Source: Fidelibacterota bacterium (GTDB lineage Bacteria; Fidelibacterota; SORT01). Taken from it: a DNA stretch of 64,000 nt. The translations under genes were made by a program, and so were the position numbers. Within the stretch, counting starts at the first letter, position 1. Every line of letters starts with the position of its first letter. This document shows positions 10,211-20,393 of this stretch, piece after piece. The stretch is taken from NCBI GenBank assembly GCA_022573815.1, contig JACZTG010000001.1:64882-128881 (forward strand). Reading direction: 5' to 3'. The notes under the pieces were generated by a model. That model did no database searches. It saw only the letters and a list, made by a program, of their open reading frames with translations, and was not told the DNA's origin.

Positions 10211-11341
10211 ATGAAAGGTCATAAGTCGATATATTATATTTTAATATTATTGGTATCTGTTTCTTTAATACAAGATCTAACCGCGCAGGATAAAAACGAT
10301 GCGAATGCATTTATTTCTAATAATAGAAATAATATGATAACAAGGACAGTTGCCGATGCCAGTCCGGCAGTTGCAGGAATAAATGCTACTCAGATTCGTG
10401 AATATTCACGGACTCCGTTTGACAAGGACCCTATTTGGTCGCTTCTGTTTCCTGATAGGGTATTCAGGCAAAGAATAAAAAGTTTGGGTTCCGGTTTTTT
10501 AATTTCATCGGATGGGTTTATACTGACCAATACGCACGTAATTGAAAACGCTGAAGAAGTTATAGTGACCTTATCTGATGGAACAGATCACAATGCCGAT
10601 ATAGTAGGCATTGATGAGGTATCTGATATTGCATTGCTGAAAATCAAGGGAAAAAATTTTCCATTCCTGAAAATGGGCAATTCAGATGATATAATTATCG
10701 GGGAATGGGTCATTGCTCTCGGTAATCCATTCGGGCTTTTCGACGTAAGTAAAAAGCCTACTGCAACAGTAGGTGTGGTATCCGGATTAGATCTTGATTT
10801 CGGTCAACAGGAATCAGGAAGAGTTTATCAGGATATGATACAGACGGATGCCTCGATAAACTCCGGAAACAGCGGCGGTCCATTGCTTAACGCAATTGGT
10901 GAAGTAATCGGTGTGAACACTTTTATCTTCACCGGTAGCCGGTTTTCTGAAGGGTCAATTGGAATCGGTTTCGCCATACCCGTGAACAGAGCAATTTCCG
11001 TTTATGAGGAATTAAGGACTATGGGTAAAGTTGATAGAAGTTTCTGGACGGGAATGGCAGTAAGAAACCTGAATCGGCTGTTAGCGAAACATTTGGACTT
11101 GAAAACTGAAAAGGGTGTGATTGTCACGAACGTTGAAAAGAAAAGCCCGGCTTCGAAAGCCGGATTACTCGTAGGCGATATAATTATTAAAGTAAATAAT
11201 GTTGAAGTGATTGATGATGACGATATCTTCAGAATAATTGAGGAAAATTTTTTGAGAGCCGGAGATTTATTGACTATCGAAATTAAAAGAGGGAATTCGG
11301 TTAGAGGCGTTAAAATGATTTTAGGAAAATCTCACAAGTAA
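10211..11341 (+). CDS. htrA: HtrA/DegP-family periplasmic serine protease with PDZ domain
   Basis: Signal peptide. Trypsin-like catalytic motifs TNTHV and GNSGGPL. C-terminal PDZ. Confidence 0.85.
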   Translation: MKGHKSIYYILILLVSVSLIQDLTAQDKNDANAFISNNRNNMITRTVADASPAVAGINATQIREYSRTPFDKDPIWSLLFPDRVFRQRIKSLGSGFLISSDGFILTNTHVIENAEEVIVTLSDGTDHNADIVGIDEVSDIALLKIKGKNFPFLKMGNSDDIIIGEWVIALGNPFGLFDVSKKPTATVGVVSGLDLDFGQQESGRVYQDMIQTDASINSGNSGGPLLNAIGEVIGVNTFIFTGSRFSEGSIGIGFAIPVNRAISVYEELRTMGKVDRSFWTGMAVRNLNRLLAKHLDLKTEKGVIVTNVEKKSPASKAGLLVGDIIIKVNNVEVIDDDDIFRIIEENFLRAGDLLTIEIKRGNSVRGVKMILGKSHK

Positions 11342-11346
11342 TTATT

Positions 11347-12642
11347 ATGATAGACCGATACACTCCGAAAGAAATAGGTAATGTTTGGACGGAAGAGCAT
11401 AAATTTGATACCTGGCTCGAAATAGAAACCATAGTCGCCGAGGTGCAATCCGAAATAGGTATGATTCCGAAGGAAGCAGCAAAATCCATTCGCGCAAAGG
11501 GTAAGTTTTCCGTTAAGCGGATTGACGAAATTGAAAATGAAGTTAATCATGACGTAATCGCTTTTCTCACTAATGTTGCCGAGTATGTGGGTGATAATTC
11601 CGGTTATATGCATTTCGGAATGACCTCTTCAGACCTTCTTGATACATCACTCGCTATGAGGATGAAAGAAGCGGGAATGATAATCGCTAAAGAACTGTCG
11701 GTTCTTGAAGATGTATTGATAAAAAGAGCGTTAGAACATAAGAATTCCGTAATGGTAGGCAGAACCCACGGTATCCACGCAGAGCTGCTGACATTCGGTT
11801 TGAAGCTCGCCGTATGGATAGAGGAAGTGAGACGACATAAAAAAAGATGGTCAGAGGTATTAGAAGATATTTCTACAGGTCAAATATCGGGCGCTGTGGG
11901 AACGTATTCTCATTTGGGTCCTGAAATAGAATCTGCGGTATGTGAACGGCTTGGATTAACGCCTGCCCCTATATCCAACCAGATAATTCAGAGAGACAGA
12001 CACGCAAGTTATCTGAACATGCTTGCATTGATAGCATCCAGCCTGGAAAAATTTGCTGTGGAAATTCGCCATTTACAGAGGACGGAAGTAAGAGAAGTTC
12101 AGGAGTATTTCAGTAAAGGACAAAAAGGCTCTTCGGCTATGCCGCATAAAAAAAATCCGATCCTCGCCGAAAGAATCAGTGGAATGGCGCGTCTCGTAAG
12201 AGGATATTCGCTTGCTGCTCTGGAAAATGTGGCGTTGTGGCACGAGCGGGATATATCTCATTCATCAGTTGAAAGAGTTATAATTCCGGATGCCACTATT
12301 ACAGTGGTATATTGTCTTAAGAAATTTAGTTCATTAATGGAAAATCTGATAGTGGATCCGGATAGAATGAGAGAAAATATTAATCAATCATTTAATCTTG
12401 TTTATTCAGGGGGAGTGCTGCTTAAGCTGATTGAGAAAGAGATAGCCAGAGAAAAAGCATATTCGATTGTACAGACATCTGCAATGAAAGCCTGGAACGA
12501 GCAGATAGATTTTAAAGTATGTTTACAGGAAAATAACGAAGTTCAATCTCTGCTAAGTGAGGAAGAAATTGAAGAATGTTTCAAGCCGGAATTGAACTTA
12601 AAATACGTAGATGAAATATTTGATAGATTGAATCTACATTAA
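11347..12642 (+). CDS. purB: Adenylosuccinate lyase
   Basis: Fumarate-lyase signature SSAMPHKKNP. 431 aa. Confidence 0.9.
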   Translation: MIDRYTPKEIGNVWTEEHKFDTWLEIETIVAEVQSEIGMIPKEAAKSIRAKGKFSVKRIDEIENEVNHDVIAFLTNVAEYVGDNSGYMHFGMTSSDLLDTSLAMRMKEAGMIIAKELSVLEDVLIKRALEHKNSVMVGRTHGIHAELLTFGLKLAVWIEEVRRHKKRWSEVLEDISTGQISGAVGTYSHLGPEIESAVCERLGLTPAPISNQIIQRDRHASYLNMLALIASSLEKFAVEIRHLQRTEVREVQEYFSKGQKGSSAMPHKKNPILAERISGMARLVRGYSLAALENVALWHERDISHSSVERVIIPDATITVVYCLKKFSSLMENLIVDPDRMRENINQSFNLVYSGGVLLKLIEKEIAREKAYSIVQTSAMKAWNEQIDFKVCLQENNEVQSLLSEEEIEECFKPELNLKYVDEIFDRLNLH

Positions 12643-12651
12643 CGGAGGAAC

Positions 12652-13359
12652 GTGTTGGACAAGAAAAATCTTTTATATGAAGGTAAAGCAAAAAAAATAT
12701 ATTCTACCAAAGACGATGAACTTGTAATTCAACTCTTTAAGGATGATGCTACAGCAGGAAATGGCGCCAAGAAAGGTACTATTAAAGGAAAAGGCGAGGT
12801 CAACAATCAGGTATCGGCATTCCTATTCGATTATTTGAAAACCTTTGGCATTCCAACTCATTACGAGAAAAAGCTGACCGCTACATCCATGCTGGTAAAA
12901 AAACTTGAGATGTTCAAATTAGAAGTCGTAATGAGAAATATCGCTGCCGGAAGCCTTGTAAAGAAATACGGTATTAAAGAGGGGACGGAACTTGAGCAAC
13001 CTGTGCTTGAGTATTATTTAAAAGAAGATAAGCTGCATGATCCGATGATAAGTAACGAACATGCTGTGGCATTCAAGCTTGCCACTCTGGACCAGGTGAC
13101 GGAAATCGGAAAATATGCTAAAAAGATAAATGTTGTCTTAAAAGATTTTTTAATTAGAAGAGACCTACTGCTGGTTGATTTTAAATTGGAGTTCGGGCTT
13201 CAAAACGGAACAATCTATCTTGGTGACGAAATTTCGCCTGATACCTGCCGTTTCTGGGATGCAGAGACTAAAAAGAAACTTGACAAAGACCGGTTCAGGC
13301 AAGATCTTGGAGGCGTGGTAAGCGCCTACAAGGAAATTTTGTCAAGAGTTCTCGGTTAA
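12652..13359 (+). CDS. purC: Phosphoribosylaminoimidazole-succinocarboxamide synthase (SAICAR synthetase)
   Basis: LLYEGKAKKIY N-terminus. GTG start preceded by GGAGG. Confidence 0.9.
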   Translation: MLDKKNLLYEGKAKKIYSTKDDELVIQLFKDDATAGNGAKKGTIKGKGEVNNQVSAFLFDYLKTFGIPTHYEKKLTATSMLVKKLEMFKLEVVMRNIAAGSLVKKYGIKEGTELEQPVLEYYLKEDKLHDPMISNEHAVAFKLATLDQVTEIGKYAKKINVVLKDFLIRRDLLLVDFKLEFGLQNGTIYLGDEISPDTCRFWDAETKKKLDKDRFRQDLGGVVSAYKEILSRVLG

Positions 13360-13374
13360 TATTAGAGATATAAG

Positions 13375-14019
13375 ATGGCTTTAGACGGACTTCCATTCAT
13401 TGGAGCAGCAGGATTAGTACTGATAATCTTGGGGATAATTGCATCCTTTACCGGAAGCAATATTATTTGGGGATTCACCTTCGCCGAAGGAGTGCTTTTG
13501 CTCTTTATAATTTTTTTCTTTCGTGATCCCGACAGAGTTACGCCGGAAGGAGTAGGACTTGTAATATCCGCCGCTGACGGTAAAGTAGTGGTGGTAAAAG
13601 AGGCGAGTTTTCCCGAACTGTCTGACGAAAAGCTGATTCAGGTGTCTGTATTTCTATCGGTATTCGATGTGCATATAAACAGGATTCCGATTTCGGGTGT
13701 TGTTGATGAAATAAAATATTACCCGGGAAAATTCTTAGCCGCCTGGAATGAAAAGGCATCGCTCGAAAACGAGCAAACGCTTATTTCTATTGACACTGGA
13801 AGCAAAAAAATATACTTTAAACAAATAGCAGGATTGATCGCAAGGCGAATAGTCTGGAAACTTGAACCCGGTCAATCTGTCAGCGCTGGAGAAAGATTCG
13901 GATTAATAAGGTTTGGAAGTCGGGTTGATATTCTCCTCCCGTTGAACTCGGAGATTCGAGTTAAAGTTGGTGATAAAGTTAAGGGAGGGGAAACAGTAAT
14001 AGGGATTATAGATGTTTAG
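13375..14019 (+). CDS. psd: Phosphatidylserine decarboxylase (short archaeal-type proenzyme form)
   Basis: N-terminal TM region. GSRVDILLP near the C-terminus is typical of the small Psd family. The C-terminal self-cleavage G-S motif region is present. Confidence 0.75.
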   Translation: MALDGLPFIGAAGLVLIILGIIASFTGSNIIWGFTFAEGVLLLFIIFFFRDPDRVTPEGVGLVISAADGKVVVVKEASFPELSDEKLIQVSVFLSVFDVHINRIPISGVVDEIKYYPGKFLAAWNEKASLENEQTLISIDTGSKKIYFKQIAGLIARRIVWKLEPGQSVSAGERFGLIRFGSRVDILLPLNSEIRVKVGDKVKGGETVIGIIDV

Positions 14020-14743
14020 AATAAGCAAATCTGTGGTACCGAGTGTATTTACGGTTATGAACCAAATGAGCGGTTACCTCTCAATTCTTGCTACAATCAA
14101 CGGCAAGTTTTCCATGGCAGCATATTTTATAATAATAGCTACTCTGTTTGACGCTCTTGATGGAAAAATAGCCCGTAAATTGAATCAGCCATCACATTTT
14201 GGGTTAGAATTTGATTCAATGGCAGACATTATCTCATTCGGACTTGCTCCCTCAGTATTACTTTATAAAGCCTTTTCCGGAGATTGGGTAGTGGCAGGAG
14301 CCATAGTTGCATTTGTGCCTCTATTATTCGCGGGAATAAGGCTGGCGAAATTCAATATTCATTCGGAGAAACATTCCGCAAAATTTGTGGGTTTACCCGT
14401 TCCGGGTATGGCGATGTTACATTCGTCATTGGTTCTTTTTAATTTTGCAGTCCCTTATAATATGGGGGCGGCAAGGTTTGTAATACCTCTTATAATTTTA
14501 ACATCCACTCTTATGATAAGTCATATTCCTTTCGATAAATTCCCTCACTTCTCCTTAAAAAGAGATGGTAAGGTTAATATTATGTTGTGGATAATGGTCG
14601 CCTCAGGTATCTTGATGCTCACTTTCAGAGGTTTGGTAATATTCCCGATTACTTTTACATATCTAACCTATGTTATCGGTCGTTGGATACTGAATAATGG
14701 GAAAGAAGAATCAGAAATTACCGACTCCACTATCCGGGAATGA
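14012..14743 (+). CDS. pssA: CDP-diacylglycerol--serine O-phosphatidyltransferase (CDP-alcohol phosphatidyltransferase family)
   Basis: CDP-OH transferase motif DALDGKIARKLNQPSHFGLEFDSMADIISFGLAP. Polytopic membrane protein. Confidence 0.8.
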   Translation: MFRISKSVVPSVFTVMNQMSGYLSILATINGKFSMAAYFIIIATLFDALDGKIARKLNQPSHFGLEFDSMADIISFGLAPSVLLYKAFSGDWVVAGAIVAFVPLLFAGIRLAKFNIHSEKHSAKFVGLPVPGMAMLHSSLVLFNFAVPYNMGAARFVIPLIILTSTLMISHIPFDKFPHFSLKRDGKVNIMLWIMVASGILMLTFRGLVIFPITFTYLTYVIGRWILNNGKEESEITDSTIRE

Positions 14744-14750
14744 CGGCGAT

Positions 14751-14999
14751 TTGATAACAGCCAGGGTAAAAGTCACATTAAAGGACGGTATTTTAGATCC
14801 GCGGGGTAAAACTATCTTAGAAGCTTTTCCGGGGGTCGGCATAGAGGGAATCAAGGAACTCCGAACAGGTAAATATTTTGAAATTCTGTTTGATTCTGCT
14901 GAATTAGAAGAAGCTCGGATATCAACCGAAAAAGCCTGCGAAAAGCTGTTATCAAACCCTGTAATAGAGAAATATACTTATGAGTTGCTTGAGGAGTAA
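14751..14999 (+). CDS. purS: Phosphoribosylformylglycinamidine synthase subunit PurS
   Basis: ITARVKVTLKDGILDPRGKTI is typical of PurS. The start is trimmed to a TTG just after the pssA stop. The ORF is open from 14697 but then overlaps pssA. Confidence 0.7.
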   Translation: MITARVKVTLKDGILDPRGKTILEAFPGVGIEGIKELRTGKYFEILFDSAELEEARISTEKACEKLLSNPVIEKYTYELLEE

Positions 15000-15008
15000 A
15001 TGCGTTAA

Positions 15009-15695
15009 ATGAAATTCGGTATAGTCGTATTTCCCGGATCAAATTGCGATTTAGACGCTCAACACGTATTACAGGACGTTCTTCTTCAAGACGTGAAAAT
15101 GCTTTGGCACAAAAATTCCGAGCTTGAAGAAGTGGATGTAGTGATACTTCCGGGTGGATTCAGTTATGGCGATTATTTACGAGCCGGCGCAATTGCGCGG
15201 TTTTCTCCGATTATGGATTCTGTGATAGAATTTGCGAATAAAGGTAAACCTGTTCTTGGTATTTGTAATGGATTTCAAATATTGCTCGAATGCGGATTGT
15301 TGCCCGGAGCGCTGGTAACTAATGACTCTTTAAGGTTCATCAGCGACGATGTATATATTACACCTGAGGCAGATAATCCTGTTTATTCCGCGAAATATGA
15401 AAAATCACAGGTTTTAAAAATGCCGATAGCGCATATCGGAGGAAATTATTTTGCTGATGCGGAAACTTTGGCTCTGCTTGAGTCAAACAATCAGATAGCT
15501 TTCCGATATTGTGACAAGGATGGGAATGTGAACGATGAATCCAACCCGAACGGTTCAATTGCCGATATTGCCGGAATTTATAATAAATCAGGTAACGTGT
15601 TAGGATTGATGCCTCATCCGGAACGAGCGAGTGAATCCATTTTAGGCTCCGATGACGGATTGGGAATATTTGAATCAATAACAGCTGCGGGTTAA
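15009..15695 (+). CDS. purQ: Phosphoribosylformylglycinamidine synthase I, glutaminase subunit PurQ
   Basis: [14 protein letters not shown]. Catalytic GICNGFQ and the MPHPER motif are present. Confidence 0.9.
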   Translation: MKFGIVVFPGSNCDLDAQHVLQDVLLQDVKMLWHKNSELEEVDVVILPGGFSYGDYLRAGAIARFSPIMDSVIEFANKGKPVLGICNGFQILLECGLLPGALVTNDSLRFISDDVYITPEADNPVYSAKYEKSQVLKMPIAHIGGNYFADAETLALLESNNQIAFRYCDKDGNVNDESNPNGSIADIAGIYNKSGNVLGLMPHPERASESILGSDDGLGIFESITAAG

Positions 15696-15710
15696 GCGAA
15701 AAAAAAGGAT

Positions 15711-15980
15711 ATGTTGAACAAAGGTAAACAAATTGGAATGGTAGTTACCATTATAGTGCTTGGCGCGGTAATAGGCACATTAGTGGGAAAAATCTTAGCA
15801 TTTATCTTACCTGAAGGCGTAGTAAAACAATTTTTCCTGATTTCCACAACTTTATCAATAGGACCGGGGACAATAAATATAATATTGCTGTCTATTACAG
15901 TTGGATTTAGTATTACGTTAAACGTAATAAGCTTGATTGGAATCGGAATTTCTTATTATCTTCTAAGGTGGTGGCGTTAA
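15711..15980 (+). CDS. Small hypothetical membrane protein (2-3 TM helices)
   Basis: 89-aa hydrophobic ORF with an SD-like AAGGA upstream. Confidence 0.4.
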   Translation: MLNKGKQIGMVVTIIVLGAVIGTLVGKILAFILPEGVVKQFFLISTTLSIGPGTINIILLSITVGFSITLNVISLIGIGISYYLLRWWR

Positions 15981-16001
15981 TAAATAACAGAGGAGCATAA
16001 A

Positions 16002-16202
16002 ATGGGATTTCCCGGCGGTTGGGAATGGATTATAATTTTCCTTGTTATTCTATTGTTGTTCGGAGCGAAGCGTCTCCCTGAGCTTGCAAGGGGATTAGGC
16101 AAAGGCATTATGGAGTTCCGAAAAGCGGCGAAAGAGGTATCCCAGGAAATAAAGCAGGATGAAGCTGACGAATCCAAGGAAGATGACTCTCCGAAAGCTT
16201 AA
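16002..16202 (+). CDS. tatA: Sec-independent protein translocase TatA/E
   Basis: The MGFPGGWEWIIIFLVILLLFGAKRLPELARGLGKG TM helix plus amphipathic helix is diagnostic. Confidence 0.8.
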   Translation: MGFPGGWEWIIIFLVILLLFGAKRLPELARGLGKGIMEFRKAAKEVSQEIKQDEADESKEDDSPKA

Positions 16203-16274
16203 GCGGTAATTCACTTTAGCAGCGATTCATATTAGGATAATCCTTCAATTTAAATTACGATATTCAGGAGTAGT

Positions 16275-17660
16275 GTGGAGGAGTACGAAAAGTTTCTAAG
16301 TAAGGTTGAAGATTCTATCGCTCTGTCGGCAGAACGGGAAGAGTTGAATATATTTACATATATCAACAATGATGAAATACGTGCCTCCGCGAACCGAATA
16401 TCCGATAAAATGAAATCGGGGAATAACGGGGAGCTTTCAGGCAAAACTGTAGCGATAAAAGACCTGCTTTCCACAGAAGGAATTCCTACGACCTGTGCTT
16501 CGGGGATACTCAAGGATTTTGTACCGCTTTATGATGCAACGGTGGTGGATAAGTTAAAACAAAGCGGGGCTCTCTTATTCGGAAAAACTAATATGGATGA
16601 ATTTGCTATGGGATCATCCAATGAAAACTCGTATTTCGGTCCTGTAAAAAATCCGCATGATCCTAAAAAAGTCGCCGGCGGTTCCAGCGGTGGTTCCTGC
16701 GCTGCGGTAGCGGCAGGCATTGTAGATATGGCTCTCGGAAGCGACACAGGCGGCTCAATTCGGTTGCCAGCCTCTTTCTGCGGGGTAGTTGGGATGAAGC
16801 CGACTTATGGGAGAGTGTCCAGGTACGGATTAACGGCGTTTGCGTCGTCTCTTGACCAAATAGGTCCGATAGCCAGTTCCGTCAGCGATTGCGCGGCTTT
16901 ACTGAAAGTAATTTCCGGTTCGGATGAGCGCGATTCTACTTCCGCTGCAAATGAAGTACCGGATTATCCGAGTTTGCTCGAGAGTGATGTTAACGGATTG
17001 AAGCTCGGGTTACCGAAAGAGTATTATGGAGAGGGTTGTGATGAGGAGATAGTTGAAAGCGTCAGTAAAATTATTGATGACTTAAAGTCTAAGGGAGCTG
17101 AAGTAATCAATATATCGCTTCCCCACACGGAATATTCCATCGCAACATATTATATCATTGCCACTGCCGAGGCATCCTCAAATCTTGAGCGATATGACGG
17201 AATGCGTTACGGACATAGAGGAGCGGGAAGCGACCTGTCCGAAGTATATAATTCGTCAAGAAGTGAAGGATTCGGCGAAGAAGTTAAAAGAAGAATTATG
17301 CTCGGAACTTATGTATTATCAGCGGGTTACTACGACGCGTACTATAAAAAAGCGCAGCAGGTCAGAAGATTGATACGTGATGATTTTCTAAAGGCTTTCG
17401 AAAAGGTTGATGCGATAATCACTCCTACTTCACCGATAACGGCATTTAATATCGGCGAAAAAATGGACGACCCTCTGGCGATGTATCTTGTTGATGTTTA
17501 CACAACTTCTCTTAACCTTGCCGGATTGCCGGGTATTAGCGTTCCCGGCGGAAAATCAACCGATGGAATGCCTATCGGTGTACAAATAATCGGAAAACCT
17601 TTTGATGAACTTGGAATACTGAGGATTGCCTCTAAAATTGAAGAGTCAATAATCACTTAG
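16275..17660 (+). CDS. gatA: Glutamyl-tRNA(Gln)/aspartyl-tRNA(Asn) amidotransferase subunit A
   Basis: Amidase signature GGSSGGS and the Ser-cisSer-Lys triad region. 461 aa. GTG start. Confidence 0.9.
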   Translation: MEEYEKFLSKVEDSIALSAEREELNIFTYINNDEIRASANRISDKMKSGNNGELSGKTVAIKDLLSTEGIPTTCASGILKDFVPLYDATVVDKLKQSGALLFGKTNMDEFAMGSSNENSYFGPVKNPHDPKKVAGGSSGGSCAAVAAGIVDMALGSDTGGSIRLPASFCGVVGMKPTYGRVSRYGLTAFASSLDQIGPIASSVSDCAALLKVISGSDERDSTSAANEVPDYPSLLESDVNGLKLGLPKEYYGEGCDEEIVESVSKIIDDLKSKGAEVINISLPHTEYSIATYYIIATAEASSNLERYDGMRYGHRGAGSDLSEVYNSSRSEGFGEEVKRRIMLGTYVLSAGYYDAYYKKAQQVRRLIRDDFLKAFEKVDAIITPTSPITAFNIGEKMDDPLAMYLVDVYTTSLNLAGLPGISVPGGKSTDGMPIGVQIIGKPFDELGILRIASKIEESIIT

Positions 17661-17708
17661 ATTTTTACAACAAATCATTCTATTTTACCGTCTTAACGGT
17701 GGATTAGA

Positions 17709-18659
17709 ATGATATCTTTTGAAAATATAGAATTTCTATGGTTACTCTTATTCGTACCCGCTCTCCTGTATTGGTATCTGCGAAAGAATGAAGCTCTTCG
17801 CAGTAAATTAAGGTTTTCCGATACCCGGATTTTCAGCAAGATATCCGGCAGGAAAGTATCGCTACGGGTTCATCTCCCGTTTGCTCTGCGTTTGATTGCG
17901 CTGACTCTTATAATATTCGGATTCGCGCGTCCCCGTTCGGGGGTTACCAATCAGGAAATCACTACAGAAGGAATTGATATAATGCTCGTTCTGGATATTT
18001 CCAGCAGTATGGAAGCGAGAGATTTTAAACCGAACAGATTAGAGGCGGCAAAAGCCGTAGCGGATTTGTTTATAAAAAACAGGAAAAATGACAGGATAGG
18101 ACTTATAGTTTTCGCCGCTGAATCGTTTATTCAAGCGCCTTTGACGTTGGACTACGATGTACTACGATCGTTTTTAAGAAAGGTCCGAATTGTTCCCAAA
18201 AAATATGACGGCACAGCTATTGGTCTTGCTATTTCAAGCGGTGTTAACAGGCTAAGAAGAAGCGATGCCAAAAGTAAAATTATGATTCTCCTTTCTGACG
18301 GCAGCAACAACTCGGGTGAGGTGCAGCCGCTTACCGCGGCAGAGCTGGCTGCGGCATTTGACGTTAAAGTGTACACTATCGGCGCTGGAACGAAATCGCG
18401 CAGATTGCTTCAAGGTGATTTAGATGAAGAAATGTTGATAAAAATTGCCGAGCGCACCAATGGAAAATATTTTCACGCAGCAGACGAACAACGGCTTCAG
18501 GATATATACAACGAAATCAACGAGTTGGAAAAAACTGAAATAAAAGTCAAGGAATATACGCGATTTGAAGAATTGTATTCATTTCTACTACTTCCGGGAT
18601 TGATTATCCTTCTGATAGAAGTTTTTGCGGGAATGACTTATTCTCGGAGATTGCCCTGA
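17709..18659 (+). CDS. batA: VWA-domain protein BatA (aerotolerance operon)
   Basis: N-terminal 2 TM. VWA MIDAS DxSxS as LDISSSM. C-terminal TM. Confidence 0.8.
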   Translation: MISFENIEFLWLLLFVPALLYWYLRKNEALRSKLRFSDTRIFSKISGRKVSLRVHLPFALRLIALTLIIFGFARPRSGVTNQEITTEGIDIMLVLDISSSMEARDFKPNRLEAAKAVADLFIKNRKNDRIGLIVFAAESFIQAPLTLDYDVLRSFLRKVRIVPKKYDGTAIGLAISSGVNRLRRSDAKSKIMILLSDGSNNSGEVQPLTAAELAAAFDVKVYTIGAGTKSRRLLQGDLDEEMLIKIAERTNGKYFHAADEQRLQDIYNEINELEKTEIKVKEYTRFEELYSFLLLPGLIILLIEVFAGMTYSRRLP

Positions 18660-19690
18660 TGTTCCGTTTTGTAAATTACAGTTTTATCTATTTTCTATGG
18701 TTCATTCCACTGCTGGTATTAATGCTTTATTTTTCATTGAAGAAAAAAAATCGGCTTTTATCTTCATTAGGTGAAATGGAAGTAGTCAAAAGACTTCATC
18801 GCAGCACAAGCCGGAAGAGACAAGCCGCGAAAGTATTGACAGTTATTTTCGCGATTTCGCTGCTTATTTTTGCTCTTATGGGACCGCAAATGGGGACGGT
18901 ACTTTCCGAGGTCAAGCGGGAGGGGATAGATATAATAATACTTTTGGACGTCTCAAAGAGTATGCAGGCGGAGGATATAGTTCCAAACAGAATAGAGAGA
19001 GCCAAGTTTGAGATTTCCCGGTTTATAGATAAGCTGGAAGGCGACAGGGTGGGGTTGGTGGCATTCGCAGGAACAGCCTATCTTCAGGTTCCGCTTACTT
19101 TAGATTATTCCGCCGCCAAAATGATGTTGGATATACTTGATACTGATATTATCGGAACTCAGGGAACTGCAACTGCCGAAGCGATCGAAATCGCATTGGA
19201 ATCGTTTACCGAAGAGAGAGCTACACAAAAAGTAATTATTCTGCTCACCGACGGAGAAGACCATGAAAAGCATACGACTGAAGCGGCGGAAAAAGCTGTC
19301 GAGACGGGAGCAATAATTTACACCGTTGGGGTTGCATCAGTCTCCGGCGCGCCAATACCTTTATACAATAACCGCGGAGAAAGAACAGGATTTAAGAGAG
19401 ACAGTGAAGATAAGATTGTGACAAGCAAATTGAATGAAGTTGTTCTCGATGAGATTTCCGGTATTACGGGTGGAAGATACTTCAGAATCGGCGAACGGAG
19501 TAATGGACTTGAAATGGTACATAAAGAGATCAGATTGATGGAGAAGAGCGAATTCAGCACGAGAGAGTTCGATGAATACAAAGAATGGTACCAATATATA
19601 GTCGCTTTCACCCTTTTATTGCTTATGACTGAACCTTTTATCCCCGAAAAGCGTAAACTTCTAAAAGAGTGGCATGGCAGATATAAATAA
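18659..19690 (+). CDS. batB: VWA-domain protein BatB
   Basis: Second VWA protein (LDVSKSM MIDAS) with TM anchors. Its start overlaps the batA stop. Confidence 0.8.
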   Translation: MFRFVNYSFIYFLWFIPLLVLMLYFSLKKKNRLLSSLGEMEVVKRLHRSTSRKRQAAKVLTVIFAISLLIFALMGPQMGTVLSEVKREGIDIIILLDVSKSMQAEDIVPNRIERAKFEISRFIDKLEGDRVGLVAFAGTAYLQVPLTLDYSAAKMMLDILDTDIIGTQGTATAEAIEIALESFTEERATQKVIILLTDGEDHEKHTTEAAEKAVETGAIIYTVGVASVSGAPIPLYNNRGERTGFKRDSEDKIVTSKLNEVVLDEISGITGGRYFRIGERSNGLEMVHKEIRLMEKSEFSTREFDEYKEWYQYIVAFTLLLLMTEPFIPEKRKLLKEWHGRYK

Positions 19691-20393
19691 AGTAATGTTT
19701 CTTATTATGATTTTTGTGGTAACAGCGCCGCTGTACGCCCAGGAGAGCACGACAGATCCAGCTTTACAAGCGTATAGAGACGGAGAATATGATAAGGCTA
19801 TAAAGCTCTATTCAGATATGTTAGCGGATAAATCAGATGACACTAATCTAAAATTCAATTTAGGAAGCTCATTTTATAAAAAAGGAACTTTTAATGCCGC
19901 TAAATCGGGTTTTGAGGATGCTCTGGACTCTGAAGACAATTACACGAAATCGAGAGCGTATTATAATTTAGGAAATACATACTTTAAATTAAATAAACCG
20001 GAAGAAAGTCTTCAGGCTTTTAAAAATGCTATGATGCTTAATCCGGAAGATGAAGACGCAAAGTTTAATTATGAATTCGTGAAGAATTTACTCCAAGAGG
20101 ATGATCAAAAACAGGAAGGCGACGACGAGCAAGAAGAGGAAAACGAAGATTCTGAGGAGCAAGATGAGAGTGAAAAGAAAGAAAACGAAGAAAAGGAAGA
20201 TGATAACGAGCAAGAGCATAATGAAAATGAACAGAAAAATAAACAGCAGCAGCAACAACAGGAAGAAAAAGAACGAACACAGGAAGAATACAAGGACATT
20301 CTCGATGCCTTAGAGCAGCAGGAGATGGAAGCATTAAAGGATTACATATCCGCAAAGACGGTGAGAAGAAGACAGCCGGAAAAAGACTGGTAA
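19674..20393 (+). CDS. batC: TPR-repeat protein BatC with a long acidic/Gln-rich low-complexity tail
   Basis: Signal peptide, TPR repeats, then about 65 aa of E/D/Q-rich sequence. Confidence 0.7.
   Translation: MADINKVMFLIMIFVVTAPLYAQESTTDPALQAYRDGEYDKAIKLYSDMLADKSDDTNLKFNLGSSFYKKGTFNAAKSGFEDALDSEDNYTKSRAYYNLGNTYFKLNKPEESLQAFKNAMMLNPEDEDAKFNYEFVKNLLQEDDQKQEGDDEQEEENEDSEEQDESEKKENEEKEDDNEQEHNENEQKNKQQQQQQEEKERTQEEYKDILDALEQQEMEALKDYISAKTVRRRQPEKDW
20097..20295 (+). repeat. GAA/GAG/CAG-rich low-complexity coding repeat (acidic/poly-Gln tract inside batC)
   Basis: The translated tract is EDDQKQEGDDEQEEENEDSEEQDESEKKENEEKEDDNEQEHNENEQKNKQQQQQQEEKE. The opposite strand gives a spurious S/C-rich ORF. 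Confidence 0.8.

Noticed and set aside
20105-20299. Minus-strand ORF encoding a Ser/Cys-rich peptide (SSCCCCCC...)
   Set aside because: It is the reverse complement of the GAA/GAG/CAG low-complexity tract inside batC. It is a frame artefact, not a gene.
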